A stretch of 64,000 nucleotides of DNA from positions 133,858,001-133,922,000 of the forward strand of contig OX597814.1 of assembly GCA_951406725.2 (NCBI GenBank). Reading direction: 5' to 3'. Shown piece by piece: positions 26,721 through 39,830 of the stretch. Numbering within the stretch: the first letter of the stretch is position 1; the number at the start of each line of letters is the position of its first letter. Origin of the DNA: Octopus vulgaris. Its lineage: Eukaryota. The notes under the pieces are model-generated. The model had not been told where the DNA came from, ran no database searches, and saw only the letters and a program-made list of their open reading frames with translations. The translations under genes and the position numbers were made by a program.

Positions 26721-27030
26721 GTACTCTGTCGGTTATAACGACGAGTGTTCCAGTTGATCCGATCAACGGAACAGCTTGCTTGTGAAATTAACGTACACGT
26801 GGCTGAGCACTCCGCTGACATACATATCCTTCACGTAGTTCTCAGGGAGATTCAGCGTGGCACAGAATGTGACAAGACTGGACCTTTGAAATAAATACTT
26901 TGCGCATATTTATCAGCTGAATGTACTGCAAACCCCGTAAAGTAGTGTCTTGCTGAAGGACACAACGGAATCGAACTCACGACCTTGACATCGTGAGATC
27001 CACACCCTAAATACTAAGCTTCGCGCCTTC
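26721..27030 (-). mobile_element. tRNA-derived SINE family C
   Basis: Colinear with 3945-4255 (CCAGTTGATCCGATCAACGGAACAGC...GTGTCTTGCTGAAGGACACAA...GGAATCGAACTC). Confidence 0.85.
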
Positions 27031-27551
27031 GTGAATATTTTAAATATAAATTGTAGTTTGTAACAGCAGAATTTTTTACTTTGTTAACAAAATATATATC
27101 CTTCATGAAAAACATGCATCTAATGAAGGGAACATTAAAATATTATTTTGAAATATGGTGAAAAAAAGACTACATATCCGTTACTGACTAAACCACAGCC
27201 CGATGGCTTATTTTGATTGTTTCTTCTAATAATATAAGAGGGATATAATGGATTCAAGACAGATGTAGGCCTTACACCTTTTCCAATTCGACCATAAGAG
27301 AGCAATGCATAAATAATGTTTCTAAGTAGTGTAGTTTTCGATTTTTATTCCAATATTATTTCCTACGGCGCCAATCTTCGCGCGATTTACAGAATTAGAT
27401 GACTCCTACTTTATTCTTTTCAGAAAGCTTAGCTTTAGTATATTTTCTTTCAAAATACCAGGTGTTACGGCTTCTCCAATGAAACCACTTTTCACCCCAC
27501 TATTTTTCTACTGCACCAGTTTTGACGAGGTAAACAAGATAAATTACTCAC

Positions 27552-27576
27552 CTAACGATCTTTTATCAAAGTTCAT
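27552..27576 (-). other. Candidate 25-nt micro-exon
   Basis: Minus strand: TTCCTTATTTCTGTATTATTTTTGCTTTAG|ATGAACTTTGATAAAAGATCGTTAG|GTGAGT. One open frame (MNFDKRSL). Confidence 0.3.
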
Positions 27577-27679
27577 CTAAAGCAAAAATAATACAGAAAT
27601 AAGGAAACTATACTGCTTAGAATTTGCATACATACATAAACACATACATATATATTTTTTCACACATACATACATGCAT

Positions 27680-27711
<32 letters not shown>

Positions 27712-27717
27712 ACACAA

Positions 27718-27775
<58 letters not shown>

Positions 27776-28269
27776 CAAGTTAAGAATAATGGTCATTGCA
27801 TATTTTTCCTTTATTGGAGCAAATTTGAGTTACAATTGTTTCCAGTAGTCATTATAGGTACATTACTGATAGGTTAACTCAATTGGTCGACTGGTCAGTT
27901 GAGAAAAATTGAACTACCTAAAAAAATTAATGCTACTTACATCAGAGCCATTTCTGATTATAACAAAGCAGAACGTTGAAGAAATAGAGAGTGCATGGAG
28001 GAAGGACGGAAAAGCTGGAAAGATAGAAGTAGCATAGAGAAAAGCGGAAGACAGGTTACAAAGTGGTGAAGAGGAATGAGGAAATGATAGAGGAAGAAGT
28101 CACTGAATAGAAGCAGGGATATTGGATGACCAAAATTTGGGAAAGGAACAGTTATAAAACATTAGTGTTTGTAGTCAGGTCAACACACAATACCATACTG
28201 GCATCGTTTATAGGTGTTTTGTGGAAATTTGATAAGGACCATTTATATACATGGTCAACCTAAAACTTT

Positions 28270-29305
28270 AATATTCGGTGATCGTTGCTCCCCATGAACT
28301 TCACTTAAAACCCAGTTGCCCTTTCATCTCCATACGCAATCTAAACGCACCCACGCTATGCAATGGGACTCGCCTTGTGGTCAGACAAACGATATACCAC
28401 GTCATTGAAGCCCAAATTATCACCGGACACAGCAAAAACTATACCGTTTTTATTCCAAGAATTCTGCTAACTCCAACAGACTGCCCCTACCGTATGCGGA
28501 GACTTCAGTTCCTTCTCAAACTAAGCTTCGATAATTAACAAAGCACAAGGTCAATCGCTGAAAGTTGTCGGATTGGCCTTCAAACGTTATCTTTTTCACA
28601 TAGACAGTTCTAAGTCGGTTGTTCCAGACTTGGCCATGCAGACAACTTATTCATCTATGCTCCTGAGAGAAAAACCAAAAATGTCATCTACAAAGCATCC
28701 CTACAGAAGTTATTCCTCTACTGCAATCTTCACTTCTACGCCAAGCCGTAGACGTTAGCAATTGGACTTCCTACAAACATTTCATTGATATTTTGCTTCA
28801 TTTCCGTGATTGTTGTTAACAGTACATTATTTTCAATGACCCTTCTTACTTCACGCACGCCGTTCGTTCATAATCGTGCTCTGACATTTATTTTTGTACA
28901 TGCCATTATTTTATTTGTGTGTTTGCTATAAATGTTTGCTTTTGTTTATTATACATGACTTTCATTGAAAAAAGTTTAAATGTAGTTATGTCAGGCATTG
29001 CGAGCAAAATAACTACATGCTACAAAACACTTCAGGTAAGATATAGGATCCCTAATGCCTACTGCAATTGCGATCACATTTCATGGACTTCCATTTATTA
29101 CTAACTGCCAGAATTTTGTTCTGAAAACTTTATTCATCGCTTTCGTTGCGTAATACCATATAATAGACTGCTAACGAAATGGTAATTGTACATATTTACG
29201 TTTATCAACTTCAAAACACTTTTAAATGTGGGCTAATTCAATTTATACCGTTGAAAGGAGTGTGCCATTATAATAAATTACACCGTGCAAAGGACGGGTG
29301 CGTTT

Positions 29306-29310
<5 letters not shown>
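28270..29310 (+). mobile_element. Helitron 3' portion: Pif1-like helicase pseudogene and terminal hairpin
   Basis: PHELHLK..IRNLNAPTLCNGTRLVV...VFIPRI..RRLQF, then a frameshift to INKAQGQSLKVVG (SF1B helicase motifs V/VI region). 3' hairpin CACCGTGC-AAA-GGACGGGTG at 29281-29300 followed by CTAT (CTRR-like). Confidence 0.88.
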
Positions 29311-29338
<28 letters not shown>

Positions 29339-29341
<3 letters not shown>

Positions 29342-29487
29342 TGCAGGTGTAGCTGTATGGTAAGTGACTTGCTTCCTACTATATGGTTCCAGGTTCAGCT
29401 CCACTGCGTGGCACATTGACAAATGGCATCTACTATAGCCCCGGATCAACCAAACGATCTCTCACTCACTTTCTTACTCGCGCGCTC

Positions 29488-29578
<91 letters not shown>

Positions 29579-29815
29579 GTGCGTGTCTATACATATATGC
29601 ACGCGCGAGCATGTGTGTACGTATGACTTTGTGTTTGTGTTTATCTCCACATGACAGCTGATATTGTTTTTAACGTCTCCATAACTTAGTGGTCTGGCTT
29701 AAGAACCGATAGAATAAGTACTCGGCTTTAAAAAATGAGTACCAATATCGATTTATCCAACTAAATCCCTTCAAGCTTGTACTCCAGCTTGGCCACAACC
29801 TAATGTTTGGAACTT
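29339..29815 (+). mobile_element. SINE family A, diverged copy
   Basis: Head, core, internal (TG)n and 3' GAACCGATAGAATAAGTAC are recognisable. Confidence 0.8.
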
Positions 29816-29840
29816 GCAGCTAGATACATAGATAGATTTT

Positions 29841-30003
29841 ATGCATCGGAGTGACCATGTGGTAAGAAGCTTGCTTCCCAACCACACGGTTCCGAGCTCA
29901 GTTTCACTACGTGGTAGCTTGGACAAGTATCTCCTGCTATAGCCTCGGGCCGACCAAAGCCTTGTGAGTGGATTTGGTATACGGAAACTGAAAGAAGCCC
30001 GTC

Positions 30004-30073
<70 letters not shown>

Positions 30074-30230
30074 TTGTGTGCCTGTATTTGTCCCCCCACC
30101 ATCGCTTTGACAACCGATGTTGGTGTGTTTACGTCCCCGTAACCTAGCAGTTCGGCAAAACACAAAATTCGACTAAAGGCAGTGCTCCAGCATAGCCGCT
30201 GTAAAATGACTGAAACAAGAAAAAGAATAA
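29841..30230 (+). mobile_element. SINE family A, with 3' internal deletion
   Basis: Matches 61199-61656 but lacks the GACCGATAGAATAAG...GGGGTCGAT block. Lies in tandem with the preceding copy. Confidence 0.88.
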
Positions 30231-31024
30231 CGGATATATATATATGTATATATATAGCAAGAGGGAGGGGGAGAGAGACTATGTGTGGGTATATATATAT
30301 ATAGGGAGAGAGAGATAATATATATATATATACGTATATATATGTATATATACACGGCGCATACATGTGTGCGTGTGTGCATGCATTCAAAGCTGAGTTT
30401 CACTTAATCACTACTCAGAGCTTCTCGTTTTTGTTCCTCAGTGGTCTGAGTTTATGACTACACATAAACATTCACGTTGAAATAAGGAAGAAAAATTAGA
30501 GCATCTTCACTGTGTTACCTTTCCTAAGTCGTTTTGATTTAAAATATGCTAATATATTCTTTAAATCCTATATGTTTAATCATCATAAATTGAAGAGCCT
30601 AGTTTTCACTTTATTTATGTCAAGTTAAAACAGTATGAGTTACTGTAGGTACGTCAGCTTAGAGTTTCGAAATGCTTTCTTTGTTTTTCAAAGTCTTTAA
30701 ATAAAGCACATGACTTCATTGAAATAATCACATTAAATGTCTCTTTTCTGAAATTCAGATGAACATCATCAAAGTTGACCTTGTTATTATAAATCTATAT
30801 TTTCACTATCAATTAATTGCATATGAAACGAAAGCTATTTCAACAGAAATTACTAAAATGAAGAACATTATGTGCAATTTGAGCGTTAAGCGGGAATATA
30901 TAAAGAACATGTTTTTTGCTTACAGAAGTTGTTAATTATGAATACATGTACAGAGTTGTTTACTCAAGCTTAAAAAACATCATCATTCAATCGTTAAATT
31001 GAATTAAATTAAATATTTGGACCT

Positions 31025-31190
31025 GAATGCAGCTATGGCTGTGGCGGTAAGAAATTTGCTTTCCAACCACTGGATACCGAATTCGATTTCCTCGGGTTAG
31101 TGATATCCACGATAGCCTTGGATCGGGGTGAGCCTTGTTATAAACATTGAATAAGTACCCGGCTTTAAAGAATAACTACTGGTGTCAAAG
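31025..31190 (+). mobile_element. SINE family A, heavily degraded
   Basis: GGCTGTGGCGGTAAGAAATTTGCTTTCCAACCAC head and GAATAAGTACCCGGCTTTAAAGAATAA. Confidence 0.6.
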
Positions 31191-31719
31191 TTATGTCCAA
31201 ACCCATCTGATTGTTTGTATCTATTCTTGGTCAGTAACCTAAATCCGTTATCTAGTTTAACTCCACCGCCTGCCTTTTAACTGAGATCATTCTGTTACTG
31301 TAATCTAGATCCAATCTCCAGGTCTTTCATTTTGGTCTCTAACAATATCGGAGGTATTGCAAACAAATATCATAGTCACTGATCTTCCTCAACTTATGCT
31401 ACATACTACACTTTCCCAACAGTCAACAGAATAACAAAAAGTCTACGTAAGCTTATAAATAACATAGGAAAGTTAAAATTAAACTACGAAGGATTTTCAA
31501 AACTAATCAATGTTCAGTTGTTAATCTTTCCTCATGTACTCAGTATTAATATCATTAATTTAACACATTTCCCATTTTATCTTTCAATTAAAATCTCATC
31601 CCTTTGCATTGCTATAAAAAGCATGACTATACATTAACGAAACGCAAGAATGATAATGACTTTTTATACTGGCCATGAATTTCTAGCGATGAAAAATCAT
31701 TTTCAGCGAGCGAAGGAAG

Positions 31720-31915
31720 GGTTTAGTAGATATTGATCCATCAGACCTATTCTCACGAGCAATCTAGCAGTGAATATAACATTTCAGGCAATGCATTTAA
31801 GACTAGATTATCGAAAGTAGCCTTCTCTTTTCGAAGACGGCGTATTAGGAGGTAGATATATTTGATTGGTATTTCTGGCAGATCGAGCGACTATATATTG
31901 ACTGTCGTGTATTGA
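31720..31915 (-). mobile_element. Old dispersed repeat (family E)
   Basis: Loose reverse-complement similarity to 1640-1812 and 59281-59450. Confidence 0.35.
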
Positions 31916-32704
31916 AGGGCCAAGTTTACACCGATTGTATTTTAATTCAGAACTAAATAGGACAATAATGAATGCTGACGATATTTTGCAGCGGTGCAGT
32001 AATGTTTCTACAATGAAAGCTGAATATGATATGACATGAATAAAATTATCAAATAAGTATGCAGATAAGCAATAAACAGCACGTGGAGGTTGCTGTGCGA
32101 CAGCTGTAAAGGGCGTTATGTGGGTTACGTATTGGCATTTTCATGCCGGTCGCCATTCTATTATTATAGATAAGACCCAAGGTTGAGGAAAAAGAAAATA
32201 TCAAGCAGCTACGCCAGCGCAGAATGTTAATGAGCTAGAAAGATGAGGAAAGCCATTTAAAACTATGTGAATAAAGAAACTAAACAAACATATAATGAAA
32301 TGCTAGTTTACGAACGAGCTAAACAAGAGATGGTATGGGTGAAGAATATTAGTAATTTGAACAAGACAGGAGTGTTTCCAGTGACAGAACAATGGAAATT
32401 TGTTCTATAAAGCACAGTGGCTACCTATCTAACCAGGAATTAGTAAAAAGGGAAAATGGAAATTAAATAAAACGGGAAACAATGGTGAATCTGAAGTTAG
32501 TATAAGGGGAAAATATACAAAGTGTTTATGTATTGCATTGACGAAGATGAGAGGAACAAAAAGAATGAGAGTTTGACAGGATAGCCTCAGCCTTCTATGC
32601 TGTATCTTTAAAGTTACTTTTGGTAGTCCCTTGTATAAGTCAGCATTACTAACACAGAGGACAGATCAGGTACAAGAGGTACTGAGCAGATTAGAGCAGG
32701 AATC

Positions 32705-33050
32705 GTGGATTGTACTGTAATGCAAACAAATCAGAGCTGCAACCACGCAATGTCTATGTCAGTGAAAGTGAGAGACGGTAGGTCACTTAAGGTAGTTGAA
32801 AATTTCAAAGAACTTGGTGCGTGGACACAAATTGCTGAAAAATGCATCGTAGCAAGGAATGCTTTTGCCTGGAGCGCATGCCATAAATTGAGAAAGGTAT
32901 GGAGTTCAAAGTTAGTAAAGAAATTGAAAGTGAGGTTATTTATAGCATCAGTGGAGTATGTTCTTCTATACGGGGCTGAAACATGGACGCTCACTAAAGC
33001 ATTGAAGAAGCAGTTGGACGGTTGTTGTACGAGGATGCTTAGAATGGCAA
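32705..33050 (+). mobile_element. RTE-type LINE fragment (RT thumb region)
   Basis: LKVVENFKELGAW...AWSACHKLRKVWSS..LKVRLFIASVEYVLLYGAETWTLTK..LDGCCTRMLRMA. Confidence 0.85.
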
Positions 33051-34987
33051 ACCAGTTGTATGCCTCGGAAAAAACAAAAAAATACAAACCACCTGAGAAG
33101 CATTCCAAACTGAAGAAGTAGAGTTGAAAAAGAAATTGAAATAAGGAGATGAAATATCAATATCGAATGAGCTAATCTGTGGAAACGATAGAAAACCAGA
33201 AAAGATAAAAAGAAAACAGATTCTCACCAAGAGAACTGCTTTCAACAAAAGAAACACTGCAGCAAAAAGTCCACGCTCAAAGAATACGAAAATCTGAGAA
33301 GAGAAACAAATGTTCCAAGCAAACTAAGCTCTTGACATTCTACAGAGAAATAGGAAAGGAGAAAATAACTGTTGAAGACACCCCCGCTCCCATGGAAGGA
33401 GTTGAAAACTTCTGGAAAAATATCTGGAATGATAAAACGACTTACAATGAAAATGCAGTCAGGATTAGCCAAACAGAAGGATCCTACCAAAACTTACCAG
33501 AACAAGCATGGGAATACATCACAATAGTAGACATAAGGATGACACTGACGAAGGCTCATAAGTGCCAAATTTCTGGCTCACCTCGATCCCGTGCGCACAC
33601 GAAAAGTTAGTCATAACAAATGCAAAAATCTCAGTTCCGTATGGATTGATTATAAAAAGGCCTTAGACAGCATACCGCATTCGTGGATCTTGAAATCGCT
33701 GGATATCTTCAAAATTTCTGCTGTGATTTCAAACTTCCTGAAGTACAGCATGTCAGTGTGGAATATGAATCCCCAATTATACCACTCTAATGGAGCATAC
33801 TGGCCACAAAAAATATTAATATCAGCTGCGATATTTTCCAAGGTGACTCACGTTTACCTTTAATTTGTTGCATAGCCCTAATACCCCTTACAATGAAATT
33901 AACGGAACAGGATATGAATATAAAATTGGTAACAAGAAAATAAGTCATCTATTTTATATGGATGACTTAAAACTCTATGACAAAGACGATAATGAGATTG
34001 AATGGACTCGATAAATGTACCAAGGTCATTTTCCAGAAAGGGAAATTGAAGACCTCACGTTCAGTGGTATTGTATGATGACACGGTCATAAAAGAGCTCG
34101 AGCAGGAACAAACTTACAAATATCTCGGAATAAATGCGGGCTCTATCATTCAACATTCAAGTATGAAAGAGGGGACCTATCAAGCCAATGTGATGAAAAA
34201 TGGTGTAGACCCAAAGTGCCGATACGGCAACGATGGGATTGAAACAGTGGACCATCTAATCTCTTGATGTTAAGTTTTAGCACCTGCAGAGTATAAATCA
34301 AGACATGACTGATTTATATTTAAACTGGATAATGTTTCGGCATTATAAAATCAAAACCGCTGACAAATAGTACAATCACCACCCTGTGGGAGAAAATGTG
34401 ACAATACTTTGGGACTTCCCAGTATGTAAAGACCGGATCTTCAAGGCATATAAACCAGATATTGTTGTGAAAGTCCAAAGCAATGAAGTTTGTTTATTGA
34501 TTGGCAAAAGCATAGCCTGTGACCATAATATCTCGGCAAAACAATTTGATAAGATCAGTAAATATAAAGATTTGCTAATCGAAAGGAAGTGACATATGTA
34601 GACAGTTGTAATACCACTGATTGTAGGCGCACTTGGAATGATCAAAAAAGGAACCGAAATTTACGTAAGAATGATCCCTCGCTTACCGTCCATGCAGGAA
34701 GTGCAAAAGATTGCCTTAACTTGTATGTCATACGTATTGAGAAGAATATTATCACTATTAATTTTCTTTCCTTTATTTTCTTTGTTTACGTTTAAATATT
34801 TTTAAATTTCCTTTTTCTCTGTGTCTTTCTTCCCCTTTTTCTCTATCACATGACTCTGTAAATGAACAGTCTGATGTGTTCATTTTAATGGCCTGCCAAT
34901 CTATACAGTACGTTTCTCTGCCCTAGGTGTCCGGAAGACACTCGGCAAGAAATGGAATCAGAATTGAAAGACGAGGCAAATGAAAGG
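33051..34987 (+). mobile_element. R4/Dong-clade non-LTR retrotransposon, internally deleted (lineage 2)
   Basis: FWKNIW, WIDYKKALDSIPHSWI, IFQGD, ISHLFYMDDLKLY, YKYLG, CR...ETVDHLIS*C, YKSRHD, ILWDF..KPDIVV (RLE), PLIVGALG. The 3' UTR runs into (GAA)n. Confidence 0.88.
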
Positions 34988-35122
34988 AAGAAGAAGAAGA
35001 AGAAGAAGAAGAAGAAGAAGAAGAAGAAGAAGATGAAGAAGAAGAAGAAGAAGAAGAAGAAGAAGAAGAAGAAGAAGAAGAAGAAGAAGAAGAAGAAGAA
35101 GAAGAAGAAGAAGAAGGAGAAG
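34988..35122. repeat. (GAA)n microsatellite
   Basis: Read directly. Confidence 0.98.
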
Positions 35123-35500
35123 AAATTGAACGATGTCAACATTACTATATATATATTATTATTATTTCTATCATTAATTAAAAATAGAACTAGGTGAATT
35201 GGTTCTGGTCAAGGTCAGCGCTCTCCTTCATCGCCAGTAATAGTAAACACATTTAACCTCTGCTGACCTCAAGGGTGTGAGGCCTCTTTTGTCTCCTTGT
35301 CGCACAAGAACGTCCGTTGTTGACCTCCTCTTCATCTGCCGAATTTATTTTCAGACCTGTAGAATTTGTTCTATTAACCAAGCTGCTTTTCTTCCTCCTA
35401 TTATTCCCTTGAACCCTCACAAATTTAGGATTATCTCAAATACAAGGGAAAAGTTGAAACTAAACAACATTTAATAATAATTTTTAATAATAAATGGAAA

Positions 35501-35650
<150 letters not shown>

Positions 35651-35882
35651 TTTCGCGAAAACTCATGGTCGGATCAAAGGAAATATTAATAATGACAAAT
35701 AGTAAAAAAAATGAAAATAATAATATCAGTGATGATAATAATGATAATAAAAAGAAGCGGTTAGAATCTCCCCATGTCCTGATTGGTGATATATCTAGTG
35801 ATGGTGTCACAATAAAAGCACTGATAATTACGCAACCTGATAATCGCTACCTAATACGAGTGATAATAAAAAACAAAATATT

Positions 35883-38800
35883 GTGAATAACGTTGGTAAT
35901 GAAACTGCAGCCCTTGATTGTGACAGTGTTGCACCCGGCAGGCTCAAAGATACTGGTCCGAATCCAGCCTGTCGTTATCCAGCAAGGGACCAGCGCACAC
36001 AGCGTAGATGGAACAAACAAATAAATGCTGTGGTCATGGAGTGTTACTACCTGAGAAATCCTGTAGATGAAAATGGTGTTCATATTAGAGGATACTGACA
36101 ACATATGTATCATCAATAGAGAGAAAGAACAAAGATTATGTGAACAAGCTAGAGCAATAAGAAAAAATTCGTTGGTTCACAGAAGTCGAGCTCGAAGCTA
36201 TCAAAAGACGGGTATTGGAAAACAGCAGCAGAGGAAACGATGAAAGTACAGTTCTTACTGATAAATGTAACCTCATAGTAGAAAACAGAGGTGGAATCTC
36301 TAATAAGCCACAGGAAAGAAACAGTGATAGATTACTCGATGAGAGATATATAGATGGTTTGGAAGAAGACAATAAAACTAATGGTGACATGACAGATGGG
36401 CAAAAGGCAATCTACAACAGAATAAACGAAAGGCTACAGGAGAACGATAGCGACATTATTTGCAACCTTAAAAAGGTTGGTCGATGGAAATTGAACCAAG
36501 AAACGAAAAATGTCAATGAAATTCTGAAATACATCAGATGAAACAACATCACAGAAACAAATAATTTGATCCAGGCAACAAGTATTTATTTCTTTATTGC
36601 CCACAAGGGGCTAAACATAGAGGGGCAAACAAAGACAGACAAAGGGAATAAGTCGATAACACTGACCTCAGTGTGTAACTGGTACTTATTTAATCGACCC
36701 CGAAAGGATGAAAGGCAAAGTCAACCTCGGCGGAATTTGAACTCAGAACGTAACGGCAGACGAAATACGGCCACGCATTTCGCTCGACGTGCTAACGTTT
36801 CTGCCAGCTCGCCACCCTGGCAACAAGTATTGTTGTAGCAGAAAAGGTGGGTGTTGATGTCAAGAAAAGGAAACATAATGGGAGTGACAAAAGAAAAGAT
36901 CCATAGTGGAAAAGAAGAATCCAGTCAAGGTTAGACATTCTCTCGAAGGAAATCTCTGTGTTAGACCGAAAAGAGAAAGGAGAGCTCAAAAGCGAACAAA
37001 AATACAGGACGCAGAAAAGGAAGTATAATATTGAAAGAAAGAGCCTGAAAGCAGTAGTGGAGGAACTGAAACGACACCTCGTTGTAAAGAAAGCAAAGCA
37101 TAAAGGGATACCAGCAGAATAGGTTGTTCAGAGTAGATCAGAAGAGATTCTACAAAGAAACAAATGGACAGACAGTATACAGATGAAAAGTTGATACCAG
37201 CTAATATTGAAAGTCAAAGGTTTGAAAGTGACATCTGCAGCAAAGACAAGGTGCACACGAAGGCCGCTGAATGATTGCAAAAACTAAAACAAACAGTAGT
37301 CTGTCTAAAAGAAGCAGAACTATTAATTTCAGTTAGGGAAGTGAAGGAAATCAGCAAAAAATGTGCAACCAGAAGGCCCCGGGATTAGATGGAGTTAAAG
37401 GCTACTGGATCAAAAGATTTGCTGAATGTCATGCACGAATGTCATGCACAACTCAACACCTTGTTAAATACCGACCAAGTAACATCAGAGTGGTTGACAA
37501 TGGGTCGGACAGTGCTCTGCTTGAAAAACATCGAAAGAGGGAATACGGTAAACAATTATAGGCCGACATCATGCTTACCACTTATGTGGAAATTATTGAC
37601 TGCAATAGTCACAGAGTCAATGTATGGACATCTGGGGAAAATGGATCCTGCCACATGAGCAGAAGGTTTGCAAGCGTGAGTGCAGAGGTATGAAGGATGA
37701 ACTCCTGATAAACAAAACTGTACTTAGAGACTGCAAGAGGAGGAAAACTAACTTAGTCATGTCATGGATCGACTATCGTGAGGCGTACGATATGATTCCA
37801 CATTCTTAGATTATGGAGTGTATGAACGTATTTGGTATTGCATCGAATGTTGCGCGATCGCTTGGAGGACGGAAGTGACAGCATATGGAATAAGTTTAGG
37901 GACCATACAAATCAGAATAGACATCTTCAAAGGAGGCTGCTTGTCGGCACTGATCTTTGTACTGTGCTTGATACCACTAACACTGATTCTGAGAAAGCAG
38001 AAGCTGGGTAATGTATTCAAAAGACGCCAACAAATAGTCAACCACTTGTTATTCATGTATGACCTCAAACTTTATTGTAATATGAATCCCACACCAATTT
38101 CCTCGTTGATATGGTGTATACCTTCAGTGCTGATATCAGAATGGAGTTCGGACTGAAAACATGTGTTGTGTTAAGTCTTGGAGAGAAACAAAATCAAATG
38201 TATGGACGTGTTAGCGATACTGTCGGGGAGATTATGAAGCAAATACAAGAGACGGGCTATAAGTACTTGAGGATATTCGAAATGGAGGAAGAGGACTGAT
38301 TGGATTGGAGCACAGCATTAGAGCAGAAGAAAACAACATAGCATAGTATGTAAAAAATGCCACAGAACCGCTATTATTAGAAGTAAGACAGTCGGGCTTG
38401 TGTAGGAACAAAGATTGCAAAGTTAAAACACTATACGAGAAATTGAGAACGAATGAAACTATGATAAGGAAAAGAATGCATGGTCAATTTCATAGGGATG
38501 TTGAAGATAAGACAGAAACAGAAAAAATATGCTATGGATGACTAAAAGTGATTTAAAACCGGAAACGGAGATTCCAATCTGTCCTGCTCAAGAGCAAGAA
38601 CTAAGAACAAACTACATAAAATACAGAATAGACAAAACAGCAGAAAGTGATAACTGCAAAATCTGTGAACAAAACGGTGAAACTGTGTGGCATATTACCA
38701 GCCAATGTACGCCACCAGTCCAGAAGGAATATAAGAGACGCCACGACAATATAGCCAGGCTTGTCCATTGGGCACTTTGCAACAAGTATGGACTTGACGG

Positions 38801-39300
38801 ATCAAAATATTGGTACGACCACAAACCTGAAGGCATTGTCGAAAATGGAAATGCAAAGATCCTATGGAATTTTATGATTCAGTGCAACCATGAGATAAAG
38901 AATAGGAAGCTGGACATGTCTTAATTGAGAAAGAAAACAAACTATGCTGGATCATAGATATAGCATGCCCAGCTGACAACAGGGTATGCGATAAGGAAGA
39001 AAGAAAAGTCGAGAGATATAACAGGTTAGCTCCAGAAGTTAATCAGTTGTGGTCGATGAAAAAGGTAGCAGTAGTACCAATAATTGTCGGAGCCCTGGGA
39101 ACAGTGAGCAAAAATCTCGAGAAGTACGTGGAATAAATAGGGGCTGCAATAAGGGTGATGCACTTGCAGAAAACAGAACTGCTTGAAACCGCTCGAATAC
39201 TCCGGAAGATGCTCGAAAAATAAAAGGTGTTACCTTAGTTCACTGGTAGTGAACAGCTGACACTGTAATATATCTCCAGCGTTAGAAACTGTGCAAAGGC
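35883..39300 (+). mobile_element. R4/Dong-clade non-LTR retrotransposon, near full length but pseudogenised (RT, CCHC, restriction-like endonuclease)
   Basis: N-terminal WNKQIN..VMECYY and EQRLCEQARAIRKN; RT motifs [49 protein letters not shown]; then CKIC..ETVWHITSQC, YKRRHD, IIDIACP and VVPIIVGALG, with the stop at about 39223. Ends in (AAC/AAT)n. The 5' UTR may extend to about 35652. Confidence 0.92.
36587..36818 (-). mobile_element. SINE family B inserted in the LINE, 13-bp TSD
   Basis: GGCAACAAGTATT at 36574-36586 and 36819-36831. Head GGTGGCGAGCTGGCAGAAACGTTAGC and B-box GAGTTCAAATTCC on the minus strand. Confidence 0.95.
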
Positions 39301-39350
39301 AATAACAACAACAACAACAACAATAACAACAGCAACAACAACAACAACAA

Positions 39351-39830
39351 GGAGCTAGAAAAGAACTACTTAATTGCAAAGGAAAGTAGAAAATTTGCCA
39401 CAGAAAATGCGGGATATTTTCAACAGGTCAATAGGAAGATCTGACAGCCAGCACACTTCACCAAGTACATAGCACAAAAGCAAGGCCTAAAAGAAAACAA
39501 AAAAATTTATGCGGACAGTAAGAACTCTGAAATAAAGATATTGATGGAAATCAGAGAATAATCTATCAGTGACTGAAAATTTCTGGACTAAAAGCAGAGA
39601 AGGGGGATTATATCAGCAGCACAAGATTTGTATTTCTTTATCAGAAACTATCGAGTGAATGTATTGAAAATTGGCGTACATCTAAACTGCAGGTTCTTCG
39701 ATCACTAGTTCTGCTGTACTGACACACCATGATAAAAAGGCATAACGGAAGACACACTCAAACTTTATGAAACTAAAACAATGATCAACTGGTATGAACT
39801 CTAGTCATAGGAGAAAATGTACACTATATT
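39351..39830 (+). mobile_element. Third, older R4/Dong-like fragment
   Basis: Q*LKISGLKAE..AAQD..RNYRVNVLK...CRF parallels the region just before the CCHC motif in the neighbouring elements. Confidence 0.6.

Noticed and set aside
27424-27529. Plus-strand exon candidate (TTTTCAG ... GAG|GTAAAC)
   Set aside because: The donor is weak, the peptide is unrecognisable, and no partner exons were seen.
28278-28758. Host PIF1 helicase gene
   Set aside because: It is intronless, frameshifted and followed by a Helitron-type terminal hairpin.
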